Shown: piece after piece, positions 1 to 10,125 of the stretch | Position numbering within the stretch: the first letter of the stretch is position 1 | Layout: every line of letters begins with the position of its first letter | DNA from: a bacterium | Lineage (GTDB): Bacteria > UBA8248 > JACPRG01 > G963555815 | Length of the DNA stretch: 64,000 bases | Assembly (NCBI GenBank): GCA_965218795.1 | Contig: OZ244653.1 | Coordinates: 1,376,001 to 1,440,000 of the forward strand | Reading direction: 5' to 3' | Position numbers and translations under genes: made by a program | Notes under the pieces: generated by a model | The model's database searches: none | Seen by the model: the letters and a program-made list of their open reading frames with translations, nothing else | Told to the model about the DNA's origin: nothing

Positions 1-331
1 CGCGGACGTAAATGCCGACCAGGACGGCGGCCAGGGCGCCGGCGTACAATTGCCCCTCGGCCCCGATGTTGAGCAGATTGCAGCGGAAGGCGAAGGCGAC
101 GCTGAGGCCGGTCAGGATGAGCGGGGTCGTCTTCGTCAGTGTGACGCCGAGGCTGTACAGGTTCCCGAATGCGCCGTCGAGGAGCGCCAGATATGCAGTG
201 ATGGGGTTCACCCCGGCCAGGAGGATCAGCACCGCGCTCAGGGCGAGGGCCAGAGCAATCGCGGCGAGGGAGATGGACGTCGTCCGCAGCGCGGCAAACG
301 CACGGGGCGCGGGCGCCGAAGTGGCGGTCAT
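1..331 (-). CDS. ABC transporter permease (nucleoside/BMP-associated family), N-terminal part, runs off window
   Basis: ATG at 331 overlaps the ATPase stop (ATGA). Translation MTATSAPAPRAFAALRTTSISLAAIALALALSAVLILLAGVNPITAY...TPLILTGLSVAFAFRCNLLNIGAEGQ carries the NIGAEGQ motif of this permease family. Confidence 0.9.
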   Translation of the reverse strand, partial: MTATSAPAPRAFAALRTTSISLAAIALALALSAVLILLAGVNPITAYLALLDGAFGNLYSLGVTLTKTTPLILTGLSVAFAFRCNLLNIGAEGQLYAGALAAVLVGIYVR

Positions 332-1857
332 TCGCCCCGCTCCCTTGCTTCCTGCAGCGGCGTCCCGGCCATCATCAGTCCCACCTCCTCCCGCGATGTC
401 TCCTCCGAGTCGACAAGTCCCATAATCTCCCCTTCGTAGAGGACCATGACGCGATCGCTCAGGGCCAGGATTTCCTCCAGCTCCGTGGAGACCAGCAGGA
501 TGGCCATCCCCTGATCCCGGGCTTCAATGAGCTGCTGCTGAACGTATTCGGCGGCCCCCACGTCGAGACCCCGAGTGGGTTGGGCCGCCAGGAGCAGCGG
601 AGGCTGCAGGCCCAGCTCTCTCGCCAGGATCAGCTTTTGCTGGTTTCCGCCGGACAGCGTGGAGGCCAGGACGTTGGGGCCTGGCGCGCGGACGTCGAAT
701 TTCCGCATGGACGCCTCCGCGTTCTCTCTTATGGCGGCGGGGTTCAACCGCATCCAGCTTCCGAGGGGCGGACGGCCGCAGGATTTGAGCACCAGGTTTT
801 CCGCCACCGTGAATTGCAGCACGAGGCCCGTGTGATGCCGGTCCTCGGTGACGTGACCGATGGAGCGGAACCGGTCCCTTCCGGAGGCCGGGATCCCTGC
901 GATGGATACTTCGCCGCGCTCGATTGGACGGACCCCGGCGATAGCTTCGACCAGCTCCTTTTGTCCGTTACCGTCCACCCCGGCGATTCCCAGGATCTCC
1001 CCCTCGGCCAGGGAGAAACGGACCCCCTTGACGGACGGCAGACTCCGGTCGTCTCTGACCTGCAGGTCTTTCACGCTCAGTATGGTCTTCCCCCTCCTGG
1101 CCGATTCCCCTCGGGGCGGGGCGACCTGCCGTCCCACCATCATCTCGGCCAATTGGGCGGGCGTGGATTCGGCCACGTCCATGTCCTCGATGCGCCGGCC
1201 GGCCCTGAGCACCGTGACGCGGTCCGCAACGGCCTTCACCTCGTTGAGCTTGTGGGTAATGAAGATGATCGAGCGTCCGCTGTCGGCCAGATTCTGGAGA
1301 ATCTTGATCATCTCTCTGACTTCCCCGGGCGTGAGGACGGCGGTGGGTTCGTCCAGGATCAGAAGCTCCGCTTCCCGGTAGAGCGCCTTCAGGATCTCCA
1401 CGCGCTGCTGGGCCCCCACGGGCAGTTGCCAGACCCGGGCCTTCAGGTCCACATCCAGCCCGTAGTCGGCGGCGAGCTTTCCGATCCGGGCCTCAGCGGC
1501 CTTCAGGTCCAGTAGGGGATTCCTGCGTCCGGGGGGAGAGCGGAGGCCGAGGACGATGTTCTGGGTCACGGTGAGGGGCGGAACCAGCATGAAGTGCTGG
1601 TGGACCATCCCGATTCCCATCTCGATCGCGTCCCGCGGCGAGCGGAAGCTGACTTCCTGGTCGCGAAAGAGGATTCTCCCCGAATCCGGCCGGTAGATGC
1701 CGTACAGCGTGTTCATCAAGGTGGTCTTGCCGGAGCCGTTCTCCCCCAGCAGCGCGCGAATCTCGCCCCGCTTCACCTCGAAGTCGATCCGATCATTGGC
1801 CAGAACGCCGGGGAACCTCTTGGATATCCCCTCCATACGGAGAAGAGGCGCGCGCAT
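328..1857 (-). CDS. ABC transporter ATP-binding protein with two ATPase domains (nucleoside/sugar type)
   Basis: Walker A GENGSGKT, LILDEPT, second domain LSGGNQQK...QPTRGLD. Confidence 0.95.
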   Translation of the reverse strand: MRAPLLRMEGISKRFPGVLANDRIDFEVKRGEIRALLGENGSGKTTLMNTLYGIYRPDSGRILFRDQEVSFRSPRDAIEMGIGMVHQHFMLVPPLTVTQNIVLGLRSPPGRRNPLLDLKAAEARIGKLAADYGLDVDLKARVWQLPVGAQQRVEILKALYREAELLILDEPTAVLTPGEVREMIKILQNLADSGRSIIFITHKLNEVKAVADRVTVLRAGRRIEDMDVAESTPAQLAEMMVGRQVAPPRGESARRGKTILSVKDLQVRDDRSLPSVKGVRFSLAEGEILGIAGVDGNGQKELVEAIAGVRPIERGEVSIAGIPASGRDRFRSIGHVTEDRHHTGLVLQFTVAENLVLKSCGRPPLGSWMRLNPAAIRENAEASMRKFDVRAPGPNVLASTLSGGNQQKLILARELGLQPPLLLAAQPTRGLDVGAAEYVQQQLIEARDQGMAILLVSTELEEILALSDRVMVLYEGEIMGLVDSEETSREEVGLMMAGTPLQEARERGE

Positions 1858-1886
1858 GCCGCAGTCTTTCGCTCGGATTCAGGCGG

Positions 1887-1922
1887 AAAAGGGTCCGCCC
1901 CCCGTCAAGGACGGGGGGCGGA
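1887..1922 (-). terminator. Intergenic hairpin after the binding-protein gene (terminator or mRNA-stabilising stem)
   Basis: TCCGCCCCCCGTC-AAG-GACGGGGGGCGGA perfect 13-bp stem, followed by CCCTTTT on the minus strand. Confidence 0.7.
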
Positions 1923-1940
1923 AGGAGGTGCAAAGAATTT

Positions 1941-2957
1941 TCAGATCTTCTTGATCTTCTGCTTCATCAGCTTCTTGAGATTCGGCGCGGGGATATTGAT
2001 CTCGCCCGATTTGATCTTCTTGACCAGGGTGCTGATATCGTCCTTCACCTTCTGGGGCACCATGGGACCGTAGGGACCCACTTCCAGAACGCCTGATTTC
2101 AGGCCGAACATGTTGATTCCAGATTTGAAATTGCCCTCGGTCACAGCCTTGACGGACTTGTAGAGCATTTCGCCCGTCTTGATAACCGCAGACGAGACAA
2201 CATGCTTCGGGGCGAGCTTCCGCTGATCGGCGAAGTAACCCATGGTCAGGACGTTCTTCTCCCGTGCCGCCTCGATCACGCCCAGCCCGCTGGCGTCCGC
2301 CAGATGAGCGACAATGTCGGCCCCTTGAGAGATGAGCGCTTTGGCGGCCTCTTTCCCTTTGACCGGGTCATAGAAAGTCCCCGTCCATATGACGTTCACT
2401 GTCGCGTTGGGTTTTGCCTTGCGCACGCCCTTCTCGAACGCGTCCACCTGGATGCGGATCGGCGGGATTTCCCAGCCGCCCACGGCCCCCACATTTCCCT
2501 TCTTGCTCATCTTGACCGCGAGTTGTCCCATCACGTGGAAGAGCTCCTGGTGGGCGACATGCAGGTTCGCCAGGTTCGGAGCCTTACCGAATCCGTAGGT
2601 GTTGATGAAGTGTTTTTTGGGGAACTGCTTCGCCACTTTGGACATGGCGTCGCCCCATTGGAACCCGTGCGAGATGATCACATCGTAGCCCCGGTTGGCA
2701 TAATCCCGGAGGGTAGACACAAAGTCGGGCCGTTGGACGTTCTCGGAGAAGGCGACCTCCGCTCCCATCCTCTCCTTGGCGATCATCAGTCCCACGTGGG
2801 CGCTCGCGTTGAACCCCTTATCGCTGACGGCGCCCGGAAGGCACAGGGCGACCTTCAACTTGCTCGCCGCGGGGGCGCTCCCGGGAAGCGCCAACAGCAG
2901 GAACAAGGCGCTCAGGAACAGAGATTGGACAGCCCGGAAAAACATCTTGCTTTTCAT
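1941..2957 (-). CDS. BMP-family ABC transporter substrate-binding protein
   Basis: Signal peptide MKSKMFF...APA; motifs PGAVSDKGFNASAHVG, GYDVIISHGFQW, WTGTFYDPVKGKEAA. Confidence 0.9.
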   Translation of the reverse strand: MKSKMFFRAVQSLFLSALFLLLALPGSAPAASKLKVALCLPGAVSDKGFNASAHVGLMIAKERMGAEVAFSENVQRPDFVSTLRDYANRGYDVIISHGFQWGDAMSKVAKQFPKKHFINTYGFGKAPNLANLHVAHQELFHVMGQLAVKMSKKGNVGAVGGWEIPPIRIQVDAFEKGVRKAKPNATVNVIWTGTFYDPVKGKEAAKALISQGADIVAHLADASGLGVIEAAREKNVLTMGYFADQRKLAPKHVVSSAVIKTGEMLYKSVKAVTEGNFKSGINMFGLKSGVLEVGPYGPMVPQKVKDDISTLVKKIKSGEINIPAPNLKKLMKQKIKKI

Positions 2958-3482
2958 TCCTTTACCCCCGTTTTTCATGTTGTGTTTGAGGTTCCCGATT
3001 CCTTCGGCCGGGGGACTCGGGGAAGCATGTGAAACCGCGTCTCCGGTCCCCATTGAACCCGATTCGAAATCTCCCTTCTTCACGGTTCGGCGTTCAGGTG
3101 TTTCGCCTGATAGTCCGTCAAGGGACGGCGATTGATGTGCGGCAGGTTACGTCGGCAGTGGATCCCGTCCTTCTGATACCGGGTGACGAGTTCGGGAACA
3201 TTCACCGCCGCTTCCTCGAGCCTTTTGGCGTGCGCAATTAGGAACTGAACTATCCCTGATCCCCGTGCTGAATGTAAAGGGTCTCTCAGACTTCGAGAGA
3301 AGACTTGCGCGCCCCGGGCTGGAATTGAATACCGCGGATATTGTGCCGAGCGTCCACGGAGCGTCGAAGACGCGGGAAACCCTCTCAATCAATCGGAACC
3401 CGGAATCTTACCAAACAAGGGCTCTGCCGAAAAGTCCGACCGATGCGTGAACACGACCTCGATTCGACCTTCCGATATTTCA

Positions 3483-4157
3483 TCAAAGAATCCTGGCCAC
3501 GGCCCGTGCGGCGCCGCCGTCCCCCTGGTAAATCTTGATGGGCAGGGCGAAGATCTCGAACTCTCTGCCGACCAATTTGCTCAGGTTCGTGAGATTCTCA
3601 ATCAGCGGAATCATCTTCGGCAGGACGATTCGGTGGATGGGACAGTCCCCATCCTGCGGCGGCTGGCCGGGCGGCAGCTTGTCAACGGTGAAGTCGACGG
3701 CAATGGCCCGCACCCGGGCCTCAACGAAATACTCCGCCACATCGACAGCCATATACGGGTTGTCCACGTATGCCCGCTCCGTTCCAAAGGCGCGTTCCAC
3801 CCATCCTGTGTACAGGACGACGATCTTGTCGCGGATACGCCCGGGCGTCAGGTCGAAGGGCTTCAGCACCTCCAGCGTGACGGGCTCGTTATCCTTCACC
3901 TCCTCGCGCAGGTCGACCAGGAGGCCCGACCCCATGTACCGATCCAGCGGCATTTCATCGATCGTCGTTCCCCCGTCCACGAAATGCCGCGGACAGTCCA
4001 CGTGCGTGCCGCAGTGGATGCTCATCTTCATGTACGTATTCGAGCGGAAATGCTCCTTGTGGGTGTTGATCGGCTCGAACGCCACCTGTGGATGACCCGG
4101 CACCACGGACATTCGCGGCCCGCCCAAGGTCAACGAAAGGTCTACCCATTCGCTCAT
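3483..4157 (-). CDS. Cyclase family metal-dependent hydrolase (kynurenine formamidase-like)
   Basis: HxGTHxDxPxH motif (HCGTHVDCPRH), IENL, ALPIKIYQGDGGAARAVA. Confidence 0.92.
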   Translation of the reverse strand: MSEWVDLSLTLGGPRMSVVPGHPQVAFEPINTHKEHFRSNTYMKMSIHCGTHVDCPRHFVDGGTTIDEMPLDRYMGSGLLVDLREEVKDNEPVTLEVLKPFDLTPGRIRDKIVVLYTGWVERAFGTERAYVDNPYMAVDVAEYFVEARVRAIAVDFTVDKLPPGQPPQDGDCPIHRIVLPKMIPLIENLTNLSKLVGREFEIFALPIKIYQGDGGAARAVARIL

Positions 4158-4228
4158 CGATCCGCCTCCACTGCGTCGGGTTTCGATCCGTATTGACTCA
4201 ATTGATTCATTCGGGTTTGACGGAGGGG

Positions 4229-4257
4229 ATGCTAGCGGGCGGCCCTCGGATTGTCAA
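4229..4257 (-). promoter_or_regulatory. sigma70-like promoter of the cyclase gene
   Basis: Minus strand TTGACA-17 nt-TAGCAT about 70 nt upstream of the ATG. Confidence 0.55.
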
Positions 4258-4403
4258 TTTCATCCGTCCATGGGGCGACTCGTTGAGATTTCCCAATCGC
4301 CGGTCCACCCCAAGGAAAGGAATGGTATGGTGGACGTATCAAGTCCGGGCGTTCCCTTCCTCATCGACCGTCGCTCCCACAAGAACCGAAAGGAAATCCG
4401 CCA

Positions 4404-4922
4404 ATGCAAATGGACATTCCTCACAAGGTGTTCGGCGACGATCTGCCGAAGACCACCATGCGAAAAACCTTGACGGTCGATATCACGAACCTTGAAAAGC
4501 AGCTCCATGAAGCCCGCCAGGCCAAGTTCGCTTGGGCCTCCGATGAGCCGCCGTCTCTGGGAGGAGACGACAATCACCCCCAACCGCTGACGTACGTTAC
4601 GGCCGGCATCGGGCAGTGACTGCTGACCCAAGTGAAGCGGTACGCTTCCATCATGAAGATTCCCCTGAAGTCGGCGAAGGTGCGCATGGAATCAGACATT
4701 TTCCTGGGAGGCTCGGTGATCAAGGGGACGGTGTTCAGCGGGTTCAGTGAGGTCCGCTCGCATTTCGAGCTTGAGTCGGACGCGCCTCACGAGGATTTGC
4801 TGCGCCTGGTCAAGACCGCCAAAAAGGGCTGTTTCGCCGAGAACATGGTGCAGACGGCGGTACCCGTGAAGAGCTCTTATTCGGTGAACGGAGAGGACGC
4901 GCAGATCGATTTGAAGGATTGA
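4404..4922 (+). CDS. OsmC/Ohr-like protein, probable selenoprotein (TGA 4617-4619 = Sec72)
   Basis: ORFs 4404-4619 and 4632-4922 are in frame and form one OsmC domain (DEPPSLGG..HPQP...AGIGQ-U-LLTQ...KGCFAE). The TGA sits at the conserved first-Cys position; hairpin GAAGCG-GTA-CGCTTC at 4634-4648. Confidence 0.85.
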
Positions 4923-4988
4923 ATGGCCCGGTGGAACAAGTCTATTTTCGGTGCATGGGATTTCAATCCGGGGTCTCCGACCCCGCCA

Positions 4989-5505
4989 TCATGAATCCCA
5001 ACGGGCCGGGAGACGCATCGGCCGCCCGGCAAGGGCTCCGCCCTTGCCGGTTTGAGTCACCCATCCGGCCAGCGCGCCCGCCGTGAATCCTCCATCCTGG
5101 ATCATGGTGTGATAGGAGACGAGGTTGGATTTGTTCCTGTCGATAGCGTGTATCACAACGAATTTCGTCTTGGGAAACACCTTGGCTACGCGCGCAGCGG
5201 CCTTGGAATAGAACGAACATGGGGGAGAATACAAAATCGTAGCCTTCTCCCCGTATTGCCGAAGAGCGGCCTCGGCTTTGGGCAGGGTCACGCTCTCCTG
5301 TGGCTGGCCTGAAACCACCCATATTGCTTTGCGGCCCCCTGAAGCGCCTGGTAAACCGGCGACGTTTCATCCGCGGTCTCCGATGGGGCCGGGTAAGGAT
5401 CCATCCCTCTTACTTCAAGTCACCCGCAACTGCCAGCCCCGTTACGAACGAAACGGCGAGGACGCAAGCAAACCATTCGATGACAACTCCAAGCCTCTCC
5501 TTCAT
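4989..5505 (-). pseudogene. Degraded BMP-family substrate-binding protein
   Basis: Signal-like start MKERLGVV..., TAA at 5410-5412 and frameshifts. Fragments EAALRQYGEK, VAKVFPKTKFVVI, GFTAGALAGWVTQTGK match BMP proteins; truncated. Confidence 0.7.
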
Positions 5506-5794
5506 TCATTCAATCTTCCTCCCTCGAACGGATTAACGATCGAATACCGATAACGAATCCGGACCTGGAATATGGCGCGCCGATTTCTTCGCAGAAGATG
5601 ATGGGTTGTTTATTGAATACAATACGACGACGCTGTCGCGCGCCTCTTTCCATGCCCATTGATGAAAACAGCGTCAACGGAAGACCATTCCTCTGGACAC
5701 CGGTTCCACGCAATCCTGCCGACAGGTGGTCGTCTCCCGGATTCGCCGCTATAATGAGTCCTCTTTGTCGCCGGATTCCACTGGAGCCTACGAG

Positions 5795-8083
5795 ATGACC
5801 GATTATGCCGTATTGGGAAAAAACCTGCCTAGAGTAGACGGCTTGCCGAAAGCCACCGGCGAGTCGGAATACGCGGCCGACCGTGCCGTTCCGGGATGTC
5901 TGACGGGGAAAATCCTTCGAAGCCCCTATCCGCACGCCCGGATCCTGAACATCGACACCTCCGAAGCGGAGAAGGTGAAAGGGGTCAAGCTTGTCGTTTC
6001 GGGCAAGGACTTCCCCAACATTCATTATGGAATGTGGATTCTCGACGAAGTCCTCTTCGCCCGCGACAAGGTCCGATATGTCGGTGACGAGGTGGCGGGG
6101 GTGGCCGCCGTTGATGAGGACGCCGCGCAGGAGGCGCTGGATCTCATCCGGGTGGAATATGAGGAGCTTCCGGCCGTTTTCGACCCGGGGGAAGCCCTCC
6201 AGCAGGGCGCCCCCCTGGTCCACGAAGATTTTGCCGATACCAAGGCCATCTTCAACGTCGTCGGACGGGAGGGGAACCAGGCGTGCAAGGTTCGGTTCCA
6301 TCATGGGGACGTGGAGGAAGGACTCCACGAAGCGGACGAGGTCATTGAAAACCGGTTCACCACGCACCCTCAGCATCCAACCTACCTGGAAACCCATTCC
6401 GCCCTGGCCGAATGCGATTCCTCCATGAACCTGACCCTCTGGCTGACGACTCAGTCGGTCTTCAAAGCGCAGGAGCTTGTCAGCAAGCTCCTCGATCTGC
6501 CTCTCAGCAAGGTGCGGGTCATCGGCTCGACCGTCGGGGGCGGATTCGGCGGGAAGAAGCCGCGCGTCGAACAGTTTGCGGCCGCCATGGCATTGAAGAC
6601 CCGTAGCCCCGTCCGCATCACCCTCACGAGGGAAGAGGACCTGGCGACCACCTTCCAGCGGCACCCGACCATCGTCGATATCAAGACCGGCATCAAAAAA
6701 GACGGCACCCTGACGGCCTGGGACTTCCAGATGCTGATGGACACGGGGGCCTATTCCGACCACGGCCCTTCCATCATGGCGATGGGCGCGTTTCACGCGC
6801 GCGGGCCTTATCGGACGCCGCACGTCAACGTCGAAGGCCGCCTGGCCTACACCAACAAGACAATCAGCGGGGCCTTCCGGGGCTATGGCAATCCGCAGGT
6901 CGCCTGGGCCACCGAATCACAGATGGACATCATCGCGCAAACCTTGGGCATCGACCCGCTGGAACTGCGTCACAAGAACGCCATGCATCAGGGCGACCCG
7001 ATGGTGAACGGTCAGAAGTACCCCGAAGTGCGTCTTGTGGAGACCTTGGACCAGGCCGCCGAGGCCTTCGGCTGGAGGAAGGACGGGCAGCGGTCCAACA
7101 ACGGCAAGAAGCGCGGCATCGGCGTGGCATGCGGCTCCCACCCTTCGGGGGGAATGAGCTCATCGGCCTTGGTCAAGGTGATGGCAGACGGGACCATCCA
7201 GGTGTTGAGCGGCGTGATCGATATCGGACCCGGTCAGTACACCGTCGCCGCACAGATGGCGGCTGAGGCCCTCGGCGTGCCCTATGAGAAGGTGCGGATG
7301 GTCACCGCCGATACCGACGGCACCCCGTACGAGAACATCACTGCCGCCTCCCGGGTGACCTTCAACATGGGCCACTCCGTACGCCTGGCCGCCGAGGACG
7401 CTCGCAAGGAACTGATAACGCGAGCCGCGGAGATGCTGGAAGCGGACGTAGAAGATATAAAGACCGAAAGCGAGCGGGTCTTCATCGCCTCCACGCCCGA
7501 GCGCGGGCTGAGTTATTCCGACGTCGCCCGGGCCGCCAATATCTTCAAGGGCGGACCCATCGTGGGCAAAGGCTCTTTCAGCGCGTCACAACCGCCTCCG
7601 GTCATGGACAACATCGAAGGATCCACCATGATCGGATTCCCGACCCACGGCTTCGTTACGCATATGGCCGAAGTGGAAGTGGACGAAGAAACGGGGGAGG
7701 TCGAGGTGCTCCGGCTGGTCTGCTCTCACGACATCGGCCAGATTGTCAACGTCGGCGGCCTGGAGGGACAGATTGAGGGAGGAGTCACGCAGGGATTCGG
7801 TTTCGCCCTCGTGGAAGAAATGGTCTTCGAGGGGGGGACGCTCGCCAACGGGACCATGGTGGATTACAAGATCCCGAACATCCTGGACGTCCCGCCCATC
7901 GAACCACACTTCGTGGAAAAACCGGATCCCGCAGGGCCATTCGGCGCGAAAGGAGTCGCCGAGGCCGTCCTCGTTCCGACTGCTCCAGCCATCGCGAGCG
8001 CCGTGTTTGACGCCGTGGGGGCTCGTATCACCGACCTTCCGATAACACCCGACAAGGTGCTGCAAGCCTTGAAGAAACCCTGA
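5795..8083 (+). CDS. Xanthine dehydrogenase family molybdopterin-binding (large) subunit
   Basis: RVDG..KATG, LRSPYPHARI, VGGGFGGK, GAFRGYGNPQ, GQIEGG, GPFGAKGVAE. Confidence 0.95.
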   Translation: MTDYAVLGKNLPRVDGLPKATGESEYAADRAVPGCLTGKILRSPYPHARILNIDTSEAEKVKGVKLVVSGKDFPNIHYGMWILDEVLFARDKVRYVGDEVAGVAAVDEDAAQEALDLIRVEYEELPAVFDPGEALQQGAPLVHEDFADTKAIFNVVGREGNQACKVRFHHGDVEEGLHEADEVIENRFTTHPQHPTYLETHSALAECDSSMNLTLWLTTQSVFKAQELVSKLLDLPLSKVRVIGSTVGGGFGGKKPRVEQFAAAMALKTRSPVRITLTREEDLATTFQRHPTIVDIKTGIKKDGTLTAWDFQMLMDTGAYSDHGPSIMAMGAFHARGPYRTPHVNVEGRLAYTNKTISGAFRGYGNPQVAWATESQMDIIAQTLGIDPLELRHKNAMHQGDPMVNGQKYPEVRLVETLDQAAEAFGWRKDGQRSNNGKKRGIGVACGSHPSGGMSSSALVKVMADGTIQVLSGVIDIGPGQYTVAAQMAAEALGVPYEKVRMVTADTDGTPYENITAASRVTFNMGHSVRLAAEDARKELITRAAEMLEADVEDIKTESERVFIASTPERGLSYSDVARAANIFKGGPIVGKGSFSASQPPPVMDNIEGSTMIGFPTHGFVTHMAEVEVDEETGEVEVLRLVCSHDIGQIVNVGGLEGQIEGGVTQGFGFALVEEMVFEGGTLANGTMVDYKIPNILDVPPIEPHFVEKPDPAGPFGAKGVAEAVLVPTAPAIASAVFDAVGARITDLPITPDKVLQALKKP

Positions 8084-8217
8084 TCTGCTCGTCCATGCTC
8101 CCTTTTCAATCCGGGAGGGGGGGGGCCGGATGTCGCCGGCGGTTCCGGTCGTGTTCCGGTCCCCTTTTTTCGTTCCGACGGGCCGGGGGCGATACGGGCC
8201 CGGACATTGATCCCGTC

Positions 8218-9456
8218 ATGACCGCTCAACGCCTCTCCATCTGGGTACTCGCAGGGATCAACCTGTGCATCATGTTGGGACTCGGACTCGTCGGCCCGGT
8301 CCTGCCACTGTATGCGGAGAGCTTTGGAGTCAGCTATTCCACGGTCGGGCTCCTGATTGCGCTTTTTCCCACCGTTCGGCTGTTCACGAACCTTCCAAGC
8401 GGAATCTGGGGGGCGCGCTACGGGGAGAGACGGGTCTGCACCGCCGGGGCCTCCCTGGTTGCCTGCGGGGCATTCATCTCCGGCTCCGCACCGAACTTCG
8501 GTTGGCTGATTCTGGGCCAGGCGCTCCAGGGAATGGGCTCCTCCCTCCTTGTCACCAACGTCATGAGCTTCATCATCCGCACCACTCCCAACGAGCGGAT
8601 GGGGAAAACCATGAGTGTCTATCACGCCTCTTTTTCAACGGGCGTTTCCATTGGCCCGATTGTCGGCGGCCTGCTGGGCGGGTTGGGCGGGTTCCGGCTT
8701 CCATTCCTCGCATACGGATTGCTTGCGGCAACCAGCGCCATCCTGACCTGGCTGTTCGTGCAGGACGCCCCGAGCGAAAGAGAAGCCCATCGAGAAGTAG
8801 GGTTTTTCAAGCAGAAGGACGAGATCAAGCGGCTGTTCCGAAATTTTGAATACGTCCTCGCCCTCCTGTTGACGATGGTGCTCTTTTGGGTGAGATCCGG
8901 TGCTCGGCACACGACGCTTCCCTTGTATGCGCGGGACGCGGCGGGGCTGGACACCCTGCATACGGGCTTCCTGCTGACCATCATCCAAGTGACCAGTCTG
9001 ATCGTCCTGTGGCCCGCCGGGCGCGCGGTGGATCGCAGCCGAAAGGCAGTGGCCATCAGCGCCAATCTGGCGGTCGCCCTGTCGGTGATGTCGCTCGGGT
9101 GGGTCGATACCTTCAGCGGCCTGGTCCTGGTGACCATCCTCTTTGGAATCACAATGGGGTTTTGCGGCATGCCCCCTTCGGTGATCGCTTCCGACGTCAT
9201 GCCGGCCAAGGTGCGCGGCGCCGGTCTCGGCCTGTTTCGAATGGCCGGCGATATCGGGTTCATCATCGGCCCGATCATGAGCGGTCTGGCAATCTCCTAC
9301 CTGGGGTATCAATGGACATTCATGGTCCTTGCCATGGCAGCCTTGATCGCCGGGTTGCTGGCCTTCAGAATGACAGAGACATTGAAGCCATCCGGGTCCG
9401 GGAAGGAAAGAGACGAATCCTTTGTAGCGGAGCGGGCGGGCGGGATTCCCCCTTGA
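8218..9456 (+). CDS. MFS transporter
   Basis: About 12 hydrophobic segments, GARYGERR loop motif, IGPIVGG. Confidence 0.9.
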   Translation: MTAQRLSIWVLAGINLCIMLGLGLVGPVLPLYAESFGVSYSTVGLLIALFPTVRLFTNLPSGIWGARYGERRVCTAGASLVACGAFISGSAPNFGWLILGQALQGMGSSLLVTNVMSFIIRTTPNERMGKTMSVYHASFSTGVSIGPIVGGLLGGLGGFRLPFLAYGLLAATSAILTWLFVQDAPSEREAHREVGFFKQKDEIKRLFRNFEYVLALLLTMVLFWVRSGARHTTLPLYARDAAGLDTLHTGFLLTIIQVTSLIVLWPAGRAVDRSRKAVAISANLAVALSVMSLGWVDTFSGLVLVTILFGITMGFCGMPPSVIASDVMPAKVRGAGLGLFRMAGDIGFIIGPIMSGLAISYLGYQWTFMVLAMAALIAGLLAFRMTETLKPSGSGKERDESFVAERAGGIPP

Positions 9457-9482
9457 CCCCATTGCGCTCAATGAGAGGACGC

Positions 9483-9806
9483 ATGTCACATTTCGTCAAG
9501 ATTGGCGCTATCGACGAATTTCCAGAGGGAAAGGGAAGAATTGTCAGTGCCGCTCGAAAACCGGTGGCCGTTTTCAAGATCGACGGAGAGATTTACGCGG
9601 TCAACAATATCTGTCCTCACCTTGGGGGCCCCATTGGCGGCGGCGAGATTGAAGGGACGGTTGTTTCCTGCCCCTACCACGCCATGCGTTTTGATATCAG
9701 GAGCGGACACTCGACGGATTCCTTCGGGCATTCACTGCAGACTTATTCGGTGAAGATAGAAGATGACGAGGTCTGGGTGGATGCCTGGTGGGCCAAAAAA
9801 GAATAA
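9483..9806 (+). CDS. Rieske [2Fe-2S] ferredoxin (NirD/dioxygenase-ferredoxin type)
   Basis: RBS GAGAGGA; CPHLGG...CPYH...FDIRSG motifs; 107 aa. Confidence 0.92.
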   Translation: MSHFVKIGAIDEFPEGKGRIVSAARKPVAVFKIDGEIYAVNNICPHLGGPIGGGEIEGTVVSCPYHAMRFDIRSGHSTDSFGHSLQTYSVKIEDDEVWVDAWWAKKE

Positions 9807-9809
9807 CCG

Positions 9810-10000
9810 ATGGTGTCTATCCCCATCGGGGGGAAAAGTCTCGGCAGCGGCACCAGACAGGATGTCCGCGTGGTCTGCCCTTCACACCGGGAGCGGTTCG
9901 ACCTGCGAACCGGAAAATCCGCCGATGAATTCGGACATGAAGTTCAGACTGGTGAGATCATCACGGACGAGGATGATGTCTATCTGGAAGTCTGGCAGGT
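9810..10000 (+). pseudogene. Truncated second Rieske ferredoxin copy
   Basis: VVCPSHRERFDLRTGKSADEFGHEVQT..DDVYLEVW parallels the upstream VSCPYHAMRFDIRSGHSTDSFGHSLQT..DEVWVDAW; first CxH box missing. Confidence 0.65.
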
Positions 10001-10125
10001 GCCCGAGAAGGCCACGCCGTTCAAGCCCGAACCGGCGCCGGGCCGCACATCAGCGAAACGGGGAGTTCTCTCAACTCCACGTAAAGGCCGAACAGGCGGA
10101 ACCCGTCGAAGTGGAAAGCAAGCCT

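Noticed and set aside
3080-3480. Short ORFs between the BMP gene and the cyclase gene
   Set aside because: No motif, RBS or consistent frame; possibly an eroded gene, but I cannot assign it
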